From Glycera tridactyla (Eukaryota): 64,000 bases of DNA. How positions within the stretch are numbered: position 1 is the stretch's first letter; every line of letters starts with the position of its first letter. Location: positions 22,444,001 through 22,508,000 of the forward strand of contig OZ286465.1 of the NCBI GenBank assembly GCA_965644265.1, in the 5' to 3' direction. Made by a program: the position numbers and the translations under genes. Shown piece after piece: positions 1-12,600 of this stretch. The notes under the pieces were generated by a model. It had not been told where the DNA came from and did not search any database. It saw only the letters and a list, made by a program, of their open reading frames with translations.

Positions 1-391
1 AATACTGATAATGAATTTGAGATGGCTGAGGTCCTCACCAAGGTGGTGTGTCTGAGTGGCAAATCACTGAAGGGAAATGACTATGGCTTATGCCATCCAA
101 GGATGCAATTGGTTTGGGGCCACAAATGGTGCATTGTCGGCTAGCAACGACCCGTAACCTGCCCCACACCAAATATTTAGTGGAATAATGATGCCAAGGC
201 TTGATCCACATCATCCGCAGCTAAAAGGAAGTCAGTGTATCAGCTGATGCACCAAATGCCCAACAACCAGTTCCAAAACAATCACACAATCAAATGTAAG
301 GATAGAGGTGAATATTGATAACTAGAACAAGAATTGAAAGATATGGAATTACACCAATATCAAACCTATTGCGTCTCACCCATTCAGAAGT

Positions 392-445
392 AATGATTCT
401 CTTCCATGGCTGATTTTGAAATGATTCTCTTGCATGGCTGATTTT
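392..445 (+). repeat. Two-copy 28-bp tandem repeat (present in every array unit)
   Basis: atgattctctt(c/g)catggctgatttt at 393 and 421. Confidence 0.8.
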
Positions 446-589
446 CACCAACAGTCAACACAATTACTAGGAGGCCATGATGTGAAACCTCTTGCCAATT
501 AGCGTCAGCAAGAGTAGGCTGACCACTTGTATTCTCTCATTAACCTGGTCAGAATTACGTCTAGTTATTCATTGCTCTAAAAACCATAT

Positions 590-742
590 GGCTTATTCCC
601 ACTTGTCTTCGCTTATATTGATAATCAGAATTAATGTCCAGCTTTCCATTGCTTTCAAATCCAAAGGCTCATTTCCACTTGTCTTCACTCATTGAGATAG
701 TCAGAATTAATGTCCAGCTTTCCATTGCTTTGAAATCAAAAC
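590..742 (+). repeat. Two-copy 76-bp tandem repeat (present in every array unit)
   Basis: ccacttgtcttc...tcagaattaatgtccagctttccattgcttt occurs twice; acttgtcttc at 601 and 677. Confidence 0.85.
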
Positions 743-2710
743 CGTGGAAGCAGTGTCACTGCATTAAAATCATATGCTCTTATGGACCAAACTCAACTAT
801 TAGACTATCTGGCTTCAAACTTTTATGGAATGATGCTCAAAGCACAGAGGATGATTAAACAGACAATGTTTGAGACTTCCAAACGGCTAGAGATGGCACC
901 AAAGCTCTTGCAAAGCATTATCCCTTTCTCATTCTGACCCTTGTTTGGTTAGGGGATTAATGGCTTGTATCAACATGAAGGATTATGTATGCTCAGTGTT
1001 CTATGAAAGCTGGATGCTCTACAGGCATCATTCTCAATCTAATAATCAGTGTATTACCTCTGATACATTCATCTTCAACAGTGAAGAGGGCAACCAAATC
1101 CAACTGTGCATCGGACAACATGTACACCACCATTGACTATCAAAAGCTATCCACTAGTCGCTCACAAGCAGATCTGCCTCCCAACATTGATTAACAAAGC
1201 ATCAAAATGGGATTCAAGAAAAAGAGGACACGGTAAATTATCACAAATATGATAAACATAATTTGGGTTAAAGATTTTAGTGTGGCATTACATGGATTGA
1301 GAAGACAAATGAAATACACCTTCAATCCATGCTCGATTTTGTAAGTTGGTGAACGAAACATCGCACAGAAGAGGAGGAAGGTGAAAAACACACTCAAACC
1401 GATTTGAATCAAAATACAGTATTCCCTAGATGATAAGTATGTGTACACATTTCTTGAGGACAGTGGCTGGCTCTCTCTTACATGCACATGCATGCAATGG
1501 TATCATAACAAGGTGCTTGATATGGTCTGTTGTCTTGCAATCAGACCAGCGTTCAGCGAAAAAGAATGGGCCACAAGCAATGTACTCTCAGTATACAGCC
1601 AAATACATAGACATCATTATGACTGCAATGTTCTTCACTCCACACACCCACGCACTAGCTGTCATATATATTTATATTCAAAAGCCACATATCTGTTCCA
1701 CACTTGCACACAATATGGAGTAAGCACAAATTTTATTTTCAACAAGTGAAAGCATCGGATTAAGTGCGGGTGGATGCACCACTCGCAAAGACTCACTTTG
1801 CAAGAATAAATACAGCTATCCTAATCAAGCTCATACTCTGTGACTCAAGCACTCATCAAGATTCCCACATTACACGGCTCACCCTAGAAGTGTCTATGGT
1901 AAATTAAGACATCAATAAACCCAGCAAACTGAAACCACAGATTGATTGAAACATCACCTACGGCCAACAATCCTTATCATCAATACATCTTGTTACCCAA
2001 AACTAGCACTATATTATCATAGCCAGCTCAACAAGATTATCCTCCAGATATTGGAAAACCATGTTTGATTAACTCATGTGATGGTTACTACCATAGTATT
2101 CAAACCATACCAAGGAAATGATTATTATTGCAATGACTGGAAACTATGATGATTGCACTAAATCTTGAAACCATAGTAATCATACCAAAGTGATATAGTA
2201 ACTACATATACTGTTACCATGCTGTTTTTCCGCAACTAGCATGGGCTATGTTGGACACTTTTTTTACTGACCATCTCTCCTGTACTGACCTGTCAGAATC
2301 ACAGGGAATAATCATGCCAATCCGAGGTCTAGATTCTTCACAACATTGTGGGATTGGTGGCTTAAACATTAGAGGGCGCCCATTACAAACATGCTTTTTT
2401 GTGGCTGTTTGTTTGTTTGTTTGTTTGAGGCTTAACGGCATGTATCAACCCACAGGATTATGTATGCTGCATATTTGATGCTGATAGTAGGTGATATTGC
2501 ATTCCATATGGTCTGACTTTACTGGGTTTAACAGTCGTCAAGTGAAACAATAATTAGCAGTGTTCCAATCCGATGACGATTCAGACAACACTCCAAGAGT
2601 CAAGATGTCCCCATAAACAAAGTGAACATGATACAATTGCTCGTCACTAGCTGCAAGACACAAACTGTACACACACTTGGACTCAGACATATACTCACTC
2701 ATGAATACAT

Positions 2711-2741
2711 GCACACACACACACAAACACACACACACACT
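2711..2741. repeat. (CA)n microsatellite, length varies between array units
   Basis: Interrupted CA run; longer homologues near 14265, 25848 and 37423. Confidence 0.85.
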
Positions 2742-2835
2742 CAGCTCACTCCGATGCACCAACCACACCAAAGATACTATAATAAGCAGCCATGTTCATA
2801 CAGTCTAACCAGAGACACTGGTTGGACAAACATCT

Positions 2836-2841
2836 TTTATT
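2836..2841 (-). terminator. Candidate poly(A) signal AATAAA, unit I
   Basis: Homologous position to 37555-37560. Confidence 0.45.
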
Positions 2842-5800
2842 GACAAATCTGAATAATGACATCTTTCCATCATAGTAAAACATTCAACATTTAACATACA
2901 GATATCAAAATAAACAGATTCAGTTCCTTTTTTATACATGACTCTCATAATATAGTGAGATGACTAGTATGGTACACACAAGCCACCAAAAAAGACGACT
3001 GCCGGATGATGGCAGCATTGACTCAGAACAAAGCAACACATTTTAATGGTATCCTACACAAAGATGGCCACCAGAACTCTGCTGCCATACCCAAATAACC
3101 CACTGTATACTCTTAACTTGTACATAGGACAGTATCGATGATCATGATTTGCTCTCTCTGATTATATTGATGATTTTGGACAGTAAACGTAATATGAATA
3201 TGAGGTAAGTTGACTTATCCTGCAGAAATTGACACGAAAGTGCTGACTGGTTTCTGATTGTCCTCTTATACTGACTAGCTACCAAGCAATCTTTGTCATG
3301 AAATTCCAATTCCGGCATTATACCTTGTGGTCGTGCATTACAGATGTTCTACTGAGACCTTCCCCGTCTTGATTGCATTCTACCCAAAGAGAATATCCTT
3401 TGTATTGTAATAAAATACCGTTGGTTGGTTTGTTAGAGTTTAATGGCATGATGGTTATGTATGCCATGCCTTCCAGACCTACTGGGGGTCTCGGCATTGT
3501 CACTTGCAGAGACCCTGAACACAAGAGAGTAGGGAAACAGAAAATTTGTCAGCATCATTGGTTAAAATAGCAGTGATCCGAGCAACCATGCCTGATTCTT
3601 CTCTGTTCAAATGCATGACATGGAGTCATGAAGTGGTTCCGGCTGGTATAATACAAATTCTACAAATAACAGTACAAACTCATATTTACTCAAATATTAA
3701 CTGACATGGGCCAGGCATACAAGCACCTTTGTTCATGAAAAACAAAATACTGATAATATAATGTGCAAATCATTAAATGAACAGACTGAAGATAACAAAG
3801 AAAAACATTCACCTGACATCAGATGATGTGAATGCAAAGGCAAATAAAGCAACTGAACAATCAGAAAGCAGAAATGTTGATAAATTGAAGCTACATTCTG
3901 ACTATGATGCCACATATTCTTAAAAATCATCTGTTCTGAAACATCCAGCCAGATGGCACCTGAGGACACAAAACAGGTGGACACATGAAGCAAGTGGTTG
4001 ACAGCCACCATGCCCCTAATCTAAAAGCCGTCAGGAAGACTCAATTGGATCTCAAAAAATCCATCCAGTTGTGACCTGTTGCGCAATTATCATTTCACAT
4101 TTCAATTGTTATCATTCGAAATCAGACATGGTCCCAGCCATGGATGTATGTTGCCATAATTCCTCAGTGGGTTACCAAAAGGGAGAAGTTTTGCCATCTC
4201 ACAGGTCCATTTCATGTAATCAATGATACAAAAAAATCCCGAACAAACAATTTCTCACTATCTTCATCAAACTGTCCTTCGATTTATCTATTTCTATATG
4301 CATTTATCTGTTCATCTATTCATCATCATCAATTTTTTGAAATGTCATCTTTCCATGGTGATGCAACAGTGAACTGAATTACGATCTTAATATCATTAGG
4401 AGAAACAAAAAAACATTAATAAATAATCAGGATAATTGTTTCGCCTAACCAGACATTTACTTGTACACGCCAATCCACATACAGCTAGCAATTGGTCATA
4501 AATTTCAATGGCAAGTTATATGAAACTGTTGTCAACTCTTATGTTCTCTCATGACAGAGAATGTCACGAGGTCATCAAAAGACAGCGATGCAAGCAGACA
4601 CATTTCACTGCAACTTGAATTATTTAGAACAAGTAACAATACCCTTGTATATCCCACAACACTCACATAATACATGGACAACTGCACATTCCATATTATT
4701 CATCGACTGTCTTGTCCTGCTATGAACACTGTAATCGTTCGAATATACACATTTCAGCGATTGACATTCCAGTCCCATATTTGTGACCAGTATTTCTCTT
4801 TAATACACTTTGTGGATCAGTTGATTTCACACCTGAACTGGCCCATTGCAAAACTATCACTTCTCTCTCCATCAGGTTGGTTTCTCCAATCTCACTCATC
4901 ATCCAAAAAGAGAAATCCACTTTTGACATAGACAGAGAAAACAGTGCGAGAGTCATTTGCCTTTATCCATCAAAATCTGCCACTATTACTTATGATGTTC
5001 CCTCAGATTGTGCAGTGAGTAAACTTTGGTTTCGATTCTGTCAACTTGATGCAGATTTGATGCATTTTCTTTCATCATACCGAGCTGATATGCTCCCTCT
5101 TCTAGAGATACTATGCTGCTTACAACCTTACACGATTCCATAGAGGTTATTCCCAAGTGACAATAACAAATGGTGTGATCTTATAGCACGTTTAAAAAGC
5201 AAGATTCAGCTATGGCCCATATTGCCACTGTACTGTAAGTGTGATTATGCAAGCACCCATCTATCACTCACACACATGCTCAAGCACACACGATTGCACG
5301 CATACCCTCACGCTCAAGCTCACACTTGCATACACACCTTCACAATGTCTATGTACAGTTCTACGTATGATGATGGGTTTTGGCAGTGAAATACACACAT
5401 GGCATGAAAACAGACATAGGGGGACCAGTGAAAATAATGGACTCATGACTACACCTAGCGCCATCTCTAGACCAAGCAGCATAATTAATCTCTCCTCAGT
5501 CCCACCATTAGATGGCGCTTTCATAAAGCTAATACAGGAACAAAATCTGACTAAAGTGTGTACCACATGCATAGTTGAAGCACAGTTTCAAAAAATATAA
5601 GGCAACTTTATTTCAAAAAATATGATAGTGAGTATATTTTCCGTGAGTGCTGAATAGAACACCAAGATGCCAGTGACAAATGTATATCTAAATATAGTTG
5701 TTTTGATTGCATGTCAAATCAAAAAGAGATATCATCAAGGATCCTTACTGTCTTCCAGATAAACAATATGCAAACATCACTGTTCTGGAGTGAAGTAGAT

Positions 5801-7185
5801 AATCAAAGCATATCTCAAGAGAAACTAGAGATTGCTTGCAAGTCAAGAATTTACTTGCTCAAACAGAGAGGATTTTGTGGTCAAGTATACACATATAAGT
5901 ACACCCATTTGCGAATACCTCATCATAAAATTAACAGATCGGATAGGAATGAATCATGAAATTTCTTGAGCTACGGTCCAAGAATGAGTATTCACCACCA
6001 TCCATACATGCACAATCAGCCACTGTTACATGAGTGGCTGATACCATGACTCGGGATCCTATTCAGCACAAACAAAATACTATAACTCATCAACAGAAAC
6101 CATGCTAGATGCACAATGAAGCAAACGTCAGATCAAAACTAAAGGGCCAAAGTGTCAATTCCCGGACATCAATTCTTTTCCAATCATGGTGACAGTGCCT
6201 GGAGTATCTTGGCAGGCATGCGATCATCTACCGACCACTGCATGCTTGACAAGAAGCATCATTCACCACCAGGATTTGCAGAAAACAAGCGATGGCTAAG
6301 AATTCACACTTAGGCCAACTAAAGGTGCATTGTCACTTGCTTTGCTCTCGGCCGTTTCTACACAGCATCAATGCTCCTAACAAGTCCACCTTGAATAGCA
6401 GAAATTTTTACGTGGTCCAACATCGACCAATATCAGTCATTTTCCTATCTCAGATCTGGTAATGTCTGCTTCCTTTGGTTTGTGTATGAGACGGGCTGAC
6501 CTCTTGCCCCCCGACTATGACTGCTCCAGCTTCTGTCAGACCAGGACGTCTTAAAGTTACGCACACAAACACGAAATTGAATACGAGTCAAAACAGCACG
6601 AAGCAAATCCAGCACATGCCACCGGTTAAGTGTCCATTGCAGATTCCTGTGATGTTTTCTTTCGCTCAATGATTTGAAGATTCAGTCCTGGCAAGTACAT
6701 TTCGGGGTTTAACCCACATGATGGATTTGAAGGTCCAGGAGGTCCCCTGAGAGCTGCTCAATCCCTGTCGATTCGAAACTGGCTAGCACCTTCTGACCAA
6801 GATGACCTGACATTGTTACATTATCACAAATGCCTGAAATATTTTCACGGTCAATGAACGAAGGAACACTAGCGATTATCTCGAAGCCATCTGATGAACC
6901 GGCACTTCCAATCTCTCGATTCCTACGGAAAATAATGGTGCTTGTCGACCTCTGAACCACCACGAATGACCATGAAGACTGCAGCTTCCAGAAATGAAAC
7001 GGACCTCCATATTGCACTTGTTTCTGTGTCTAGATTGGCACATGTCACTGGAGCAGGTTGCAAGCATTTTGTCACACTGGCACACATCCACGCAAGCAGA
7101 CACATTGATGTAGACTCAACCACGAAAACAGCATCTGCTTCGGACACTCGATAATATCAAGGGGGGCCACAGAGTGGATGGTGTA

Positions 7186-7408
7186 TTATACAAAAGTGGA
7201 GAGTGCAGACGGGGAGGCGGCATCGGGCTCTTTCTCTTCTTTCTTCGTCTTGCCGCCGTACTGGCCAATAAAGGACCCGTCCTCGTTGAACTTACCCGGG
7301 TCCACCTCCGTGTCGTAATCGGCCATACTGTCTTCGTCACTTCCGCCCATTGATCCCAGGCCACCACTCTCCACGGACCCTTGACTCTTCTTGAAGTCAG
7401 GCTCGTCA
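7186..7408 (-). CDS. Nrg: Duplicated L1-family terminal exon, unit I (intact; usage unknown)
   Basis: Same exon with two synonymous changes (7405 GAC/GAT Asp; 7339 AGT/AGC Ser). Acceptor and stop intact. Confidence 0.75.
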
Positions 7409-7816
7409 CTGAAAACACATCAGAAACACCACACACATGAATATAAAGCATTTCTAAGGTCATACTACCCAAAAAGCACCGCTGCATGAGAAAGGACCTG
7501 CAACTTGAAGGCCAGCTCCTCTTGAGTCATCAAATCTTCACATGGCGATCACTATTCGGTCTCTTATTCAATCCATGTTCTATCGGGCAGAGACCACGAT
7601 CATGAAAAATAATCATGAGAAAGACAAGCAAAAGTAGCAACTAATTGGTTGGCTCTCTAAACATGAAAAGCAATTTGACGTCATCATCATGTCTGGATGC
7701 TGTTCCAAACATCATTGTCGCAAGAGCTATTCCTCAGCTATCTCATCGGGTCCATGTTGTACAGCTCATGAAGAAATGGGCATTCTTTCGATATCAACAG
7801 CAGAGGACAGTGTAAA

Positions 7817-8032
7817 TATGCCTATTAGACTGTCGGTTTCGTTGAGTACGGCCAGGCTGTTGAGCACTTTTCGTATTCGGGTGGCACTCAACACTTTTTC
7901 ATTGCATACAAATCTCAACGGTCATTTGACTACGTTGAACTCGTTAAACGAAACCTATTCGGGTGGGCTACGACCGTTAGGTAAATTTCCGTCAATGCAC
8001 TTTCAACGAGACCTACCAGTCGAATAGGCCTA
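7817..8032. mobile_element. MITE (family 1, junction copy 'B') at the unit I/II boundary
   Basis: Clearly homologous to 42556-42767 but with many substitutions. Ends tatgcctattagactg...cagtcgaataggccta; 216 bp. Confidence 0.75.
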
Positions 8033-8381
8033 ATGACAACGACAACGACGAAGTCACGGTCAAGGTCAGGTCAGCCTGAGCCAATAAGCGATTGGTAGAC
8101 CAAGAACTATAATGGGAAATGAAATCTAGAGCACTGCCATCCTGGTGATTATGTGGAATAGAAACCTTACTATGTGTATAATAGAAGTACATGTCTGCTT
8201 GGTTCAAACAATGAGCAGCAACTTGTATCGGCAGCTTGTATTCATGCGCCAGTGATGCAGTTCCCCTCACTCGAGTAAACACCACCATCACCTACATAAC
8301 TCCAACTACACCACCACGTTCCACCTACACCAGTATCACCTTTGTGGTGCTCCATTGGCAACAGTTGAATCCAACCCATGG

Positions 8382-8576
8382 TATCTAGGGGTGCAACTCC
8401 ATGAAAAAATGAACTGGAACACACACATAGATTACATTTGCAGCAGGGCCAGTAGAGTGTTATGCATACTCAGACGCAATATTGGTGCTTGCAGTCCAGA
8501 ACTGAAACTTTTATCATATATGATCCTAGTACGACCAATACTAGAGTACAGATCTAGGGCATGGGATCCTCACACT
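8382..8576 (+). mobile_element. LINE (non-LTR retrotransposon) ORF2 C-terminal fragment
   Basis: YLGVQLHEKMNWNTHIDYICSRASRVLCILRR...Y..LVRPILEY....WDPH, the typical post-RT region of CR1/L2/Jockey-group LINEs. Isolated fragment. Confidence 0.85.
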
Positions 8577-9326
8577 TTGGAGTTTGGAGTCGTGTCGACT
8601 GATACCGAAAACAATTGTCGATTGGAATAACATAAATAGCATTCAGCTAATTACATGGTTCAGTGCTAAAAACAAAGGGAATGCATGGTGTGATGTCATC
8701 AAGTCATCTGATTAATTCCATGCACACTCCAATGCCCACTGCCAGTTCTGAAAGCAGCCTGATCATGATCACTGCCTGGTCATGTTCTATGGACAGGGCT
8801 GGCTGGTCCAGGGCATGTCGCAATGTCAGCATTTTCACTTATTCAGTCTCATATAACCCAAGGCGGTTGAGAGGACGTTAGACTCAAACAGGCAAATGAA
8901 CAGTCCACCTCCTAGCATTCGTTCGCTACGGTGAATCATTCAAAATAGGTGAATCTTCCCAAATTTTCTTGAGAGTGCGAACACACCGAGTCCATGCTGT
9001 TGCTGCTGGGTGGCTTGTGATCCAGTTAACCATGTTACCAGATTTTTTTTGCTAAGCATAAATCAGCATTCGATAGTTTGGCATACCAAATTTGACTAAT
9101 AAATGCTCATAATGAGGTCGATCCCGTATTGGTTGTATGAAGAAATAAAACAACTTTGATATCTATACGTTTGCTTATACATTGGATATTCTGGTACAAA
9201 ATCTGCTCCTGTACAAATTCAATATGCAGGACAAAGTAGGGTCAGGCTCAGTGATGCAATCAAACCAAGATGATCCCCACCTATTTCAGTGTAAAATGCT
9301 ACTCTAGTCTAGATGTCCTAGTAAGG

Positions 9327-9606
9327 TAGAGTGGACCTATGTACAGAGACCACTCCTGGTTGCATTGAAAAGTGGTTTTTGGGGACAGGTGGTCTTTGAA
9401 TAGAGGTCATTTTCTCTAGAGGATATCATATTGCAACTCAGGGTGGTTCATCTTTGCAGGTAGGAGGCGATCTCTCGAGCAGGTTTGACTGTACAGGCAT
9501 TGTGCCAGTGATAGAGGTTGTTTTCCGTAAAGAATAATGTCATGTTGCAACTCAGGGTGATCCATCTTTGCAGGTAGGAGGTGATCTCTCGAGCAGGTCT
9601 GACTGT
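9327..9606. mobile_element. Degenerate MITE (family 2, TA-CAGTxAAACC type) with a tandemly duplicated right half
   Basis: Ends gcaggtttgactgta at 9493. The block ttgcaactcagggtg...tctctcgagcagg..tgactgt is repeated up to 9606. Confidence 0.6.
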
Positions 9607-12600
9607 TCAGACAGTAACAGAGATCTTACTCGGCAACCAAATCTTGTGATACATCAGCACAACAGTACCTTCATGAGAATGTGGATTGATCAGTTACTTA
9701 CCATCTTCTTTGCACCACCAGGGCTATACTGTGGCACTCATGCTATTTGAATGTGTGAAATCTAGTTGCTCAAGTCACTGATACTGCCTCTTGGGCCCTC
9801 AATGGATTTAGAGGTAAGAGTTCGTAATTATGAAGAAGAGAAGCGTATTTGGAGTGGTAAACCACAAACTGCTGACAACATGATTCAATATCTATTGACC
9901 CTATTCTCACAGCCGGTTCACTGAATGGTGTTTCGGCAACCTGACACAGGGCTCCTTCTCAGATGGGTGACCGAAATGGACAAGGTTCACCATTCAGTAA
10001 CATACCTGCACACAGATCTATAGGATCTGCACTTCTTGCACAGGAGGTACTTGCATGTGTGTGGACAGCACTGAATGGGACCCTCACATTAGTTCACTCA
10101 GGTGTGAATAGGTACTTGGTATGTTTGTTTGTTTGTTATATGTTGTCACGATACAAAGGGTGAATATGTCTTATTTTCCCTCATGGGGAAAAACTCATGA
10201 GTTAGTAGATTCAGTTCCATCTTCTCTATCTTCTATGATGTTGTGTATTCATTTATCATTGTGGAGAATTCTGTAGTTGTCCTGTTTCTATAATTTAGAC
10301 TTTGTCACATTTGGTATACCCTGTCCATGTATTATGAGGATAGGCAATCTTGGTTTCTGTTCCTGTTTTAGGTTGCCAGGCATCTTCATCAGCAGGTTTT
10401 CCCTGGATGTCTTGGAAACTTGGTTTGGGAGCAAGCTCTAGCGTTTCTTGTTCGTATCCCTGTTCTTCCAGCTATATCATTATCATACTGCGATGTTACA
10501 TGAAATTTGTTTTTATAGTTCCTTGTAGGCTCAGAAATTGGCTGTATAGGAGGGCACTGATCCAGTGTCATATGTGCTTCATGCTGCAGCCCCTTGGATG
10601 TTTGTTCCATTCTAACATGAACTCAAGTCCAATGGCCCCAAATGCAGCAGGGTGTCCAGTTGCAGCTAACAATTGTTGACGTTTTGCAAGAGAATGCATG
10701 CTGCTGTCAATCAAGCAGCAAGGGCTATTGGAATCTGTTTGTAAAGAATATCACATAGCTCTCAATGTACCTTATTCAGATCTCTACTGGTCCTCCGAAG
10801 AGAATTATTCGAGAAACTTCAAAATTCGGCCTCGAATTAAATTCATGGGATAAGGTTCTTGATGCCCGTGCAATTGGTATGGATTTGGATCATTCAAGAC
10901 TTCTCCATCTGGGTCCCCATTGGTTGTTGAAATTCTACTATCAAATTCATCCAGTGCAATTATTGTGATCAGGCCTGATTGCCAGAAGAAAAAAGGAAGA
11001 TGATGCTTATACAATTCCCAACATGTCATTTCACACACTCATACCTTGGAAGAGAACAAGAAAGACATACACTGCCTATTTTGATACATGAAATTTTATT
11101 CAACATACATCAGTGGCATACAAAATAACGAGGAAAGCTTTAATCAAAGTCCTTCTCTTGGAAGGACAGGAGGATTCATTACAAACTTATGTGAAACTCA
11201 AAAAATGTGTTCAACTGTAACATAAACCCTGATGACAAGATGGTTCGTGATTCGATCCATTGCTGAAAGAAGTTCACTTCACTCTATAATCCTATGGCAT
11301 GAAGCTTTCACATCTATCATAGGATCATGATCGAGTTGAGTTCATCCAGCAAAGGATGAATCGGATGCTGGGCATCAGGCGGTTGATGGGGATGCAGGTG
11401 AAGGTGATGCCATCAGTGAATGCCACCAGATACACATCAAGCCAACTAATGATGACGAGTATTGGGAATGAGATACAATGGCACCTGTTCATCAATAAAT
11501 AATCATATGAGTATTATAGCAACTTGAATGTCAGTTGTTAACTCGGATGAGCAGTGTCACTATCTTATCAAAACAGATATACCCATAAGCAATAAGTTGA
11601 ACAAAAATATTTGCAATACTGATAATGAATTTGAGATGGCTGAGGTCCTCACCAAGGTGGTGTGTCTGAGTGGCAAATCACTGAAGGGAGATGACTATGG
11701 CTTATGCCATCCAAGGATGCAATTGGTTTGGGGCCACAAATGGTGCATTGTCGGCTAGCAACGACCCGTAACCTGCCCCACACCAAATATTTAGTGGAAT
11801 AATGATGCCAAGGCTTGATCCACATCATCCGCAGCTTAAAGGAAGTCAGTGTATTAGCTGATGCACCAAATGCCCAACAACCAGTTCCAAAACAATCACA
11901 CAATCAAATGTAAGGATAGAGGTGAATATTGATAACTAGAACAAGAATTGAAAGATATGGAATTACACCAATATCGAACCTATTGCGACTCACCCATCCA
12001 AAAGTAATGATTCTCTTCCATGGCTGATTTTGAAATGATTCTCTCGCATGGCTGATTTTCACCAACAGTCAACACAATTACTAGGAGGCCATGATGTGAA
12101 ACCTCTTGCCAATTAGAGTCAGCAAGAGTAGGCTGACCACTTGTATTCTCTCATTAACATGGTCAGAATTACGTCTAGTTATTCATTGCTCTAAAAACCA
12201 TATGGCTTATTCCCACTTGTCTTCTCCTATATTGATAATCAGAATTAATGTCCAGCTTTCCATTGCTTTCAAATCCAAAGGCTTATTTCCACTTGTCTTC
12301 ACTCATTAAGATAGTCAGAATTAATGTCCAGCTTTCCATTGCTTTGAAATCGAAACCGTGGAAGCAGTGTCACTGCATTAAAATCATATGCTCTTATGGA
12401 CCAAACTCAACTATTAGACTATCTGGCTTCAAACTTTTATGGAATGATGCTCACAGCACAGAGGATGATTAAACAGACAATGTTTGAGACTTCCAAACGG
12501 CTAGAGATGGCACCAAAGCTCTTGCAAAGCATTATCCCTTTCTCATTCTGACCCTTGTTTGGTTAGGGGATTAATGGCTTGTATCAACATGAAGGATTAT

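Larger units (their letters stand above)
1..7816. repeat. Array unit I (partial, most diverged)
   Basis: Unit boundary set at the junction MITE starting at 7817. Carries many private substitutions and indels, e.g. an extra 62 bp at 2408-2469. Confidence 0.9.

Noticed and set aside
383-742. Short direct repeats as a CRISPR-like array
   Set aside because: Only two adjacent copies each, no unique spacers, and an animal genomic context.
634-1194. GPCR-like reading frame (IKIICSYG...FLILTLVWL...LNLIISVLPLIH) on the plus strand
   Set aside because: Four in-frame stops, no DRY, CWxP or NPxxY motif, and the start lies in a 76-bp tandem repeat; resemblance too weak without a search.
1150-1196. Minus-strand NQCWEADLL resembling the integrase QxWQADL motif
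   Set aside because: Stop codon follows immediately and no downstream DDE residues are recognisable.
7116-7487. 123-aa minus-strand ORF overlapping the FIGQY exon (and its copies)
   Set aside because: Alternative frame of the real exon; no independent support.
7689-8027. 112-aa ORF spanning the array junction as a new chimeric gene
   Set aside because: Chance open frame running from intron sequence into a non-coding MITE.
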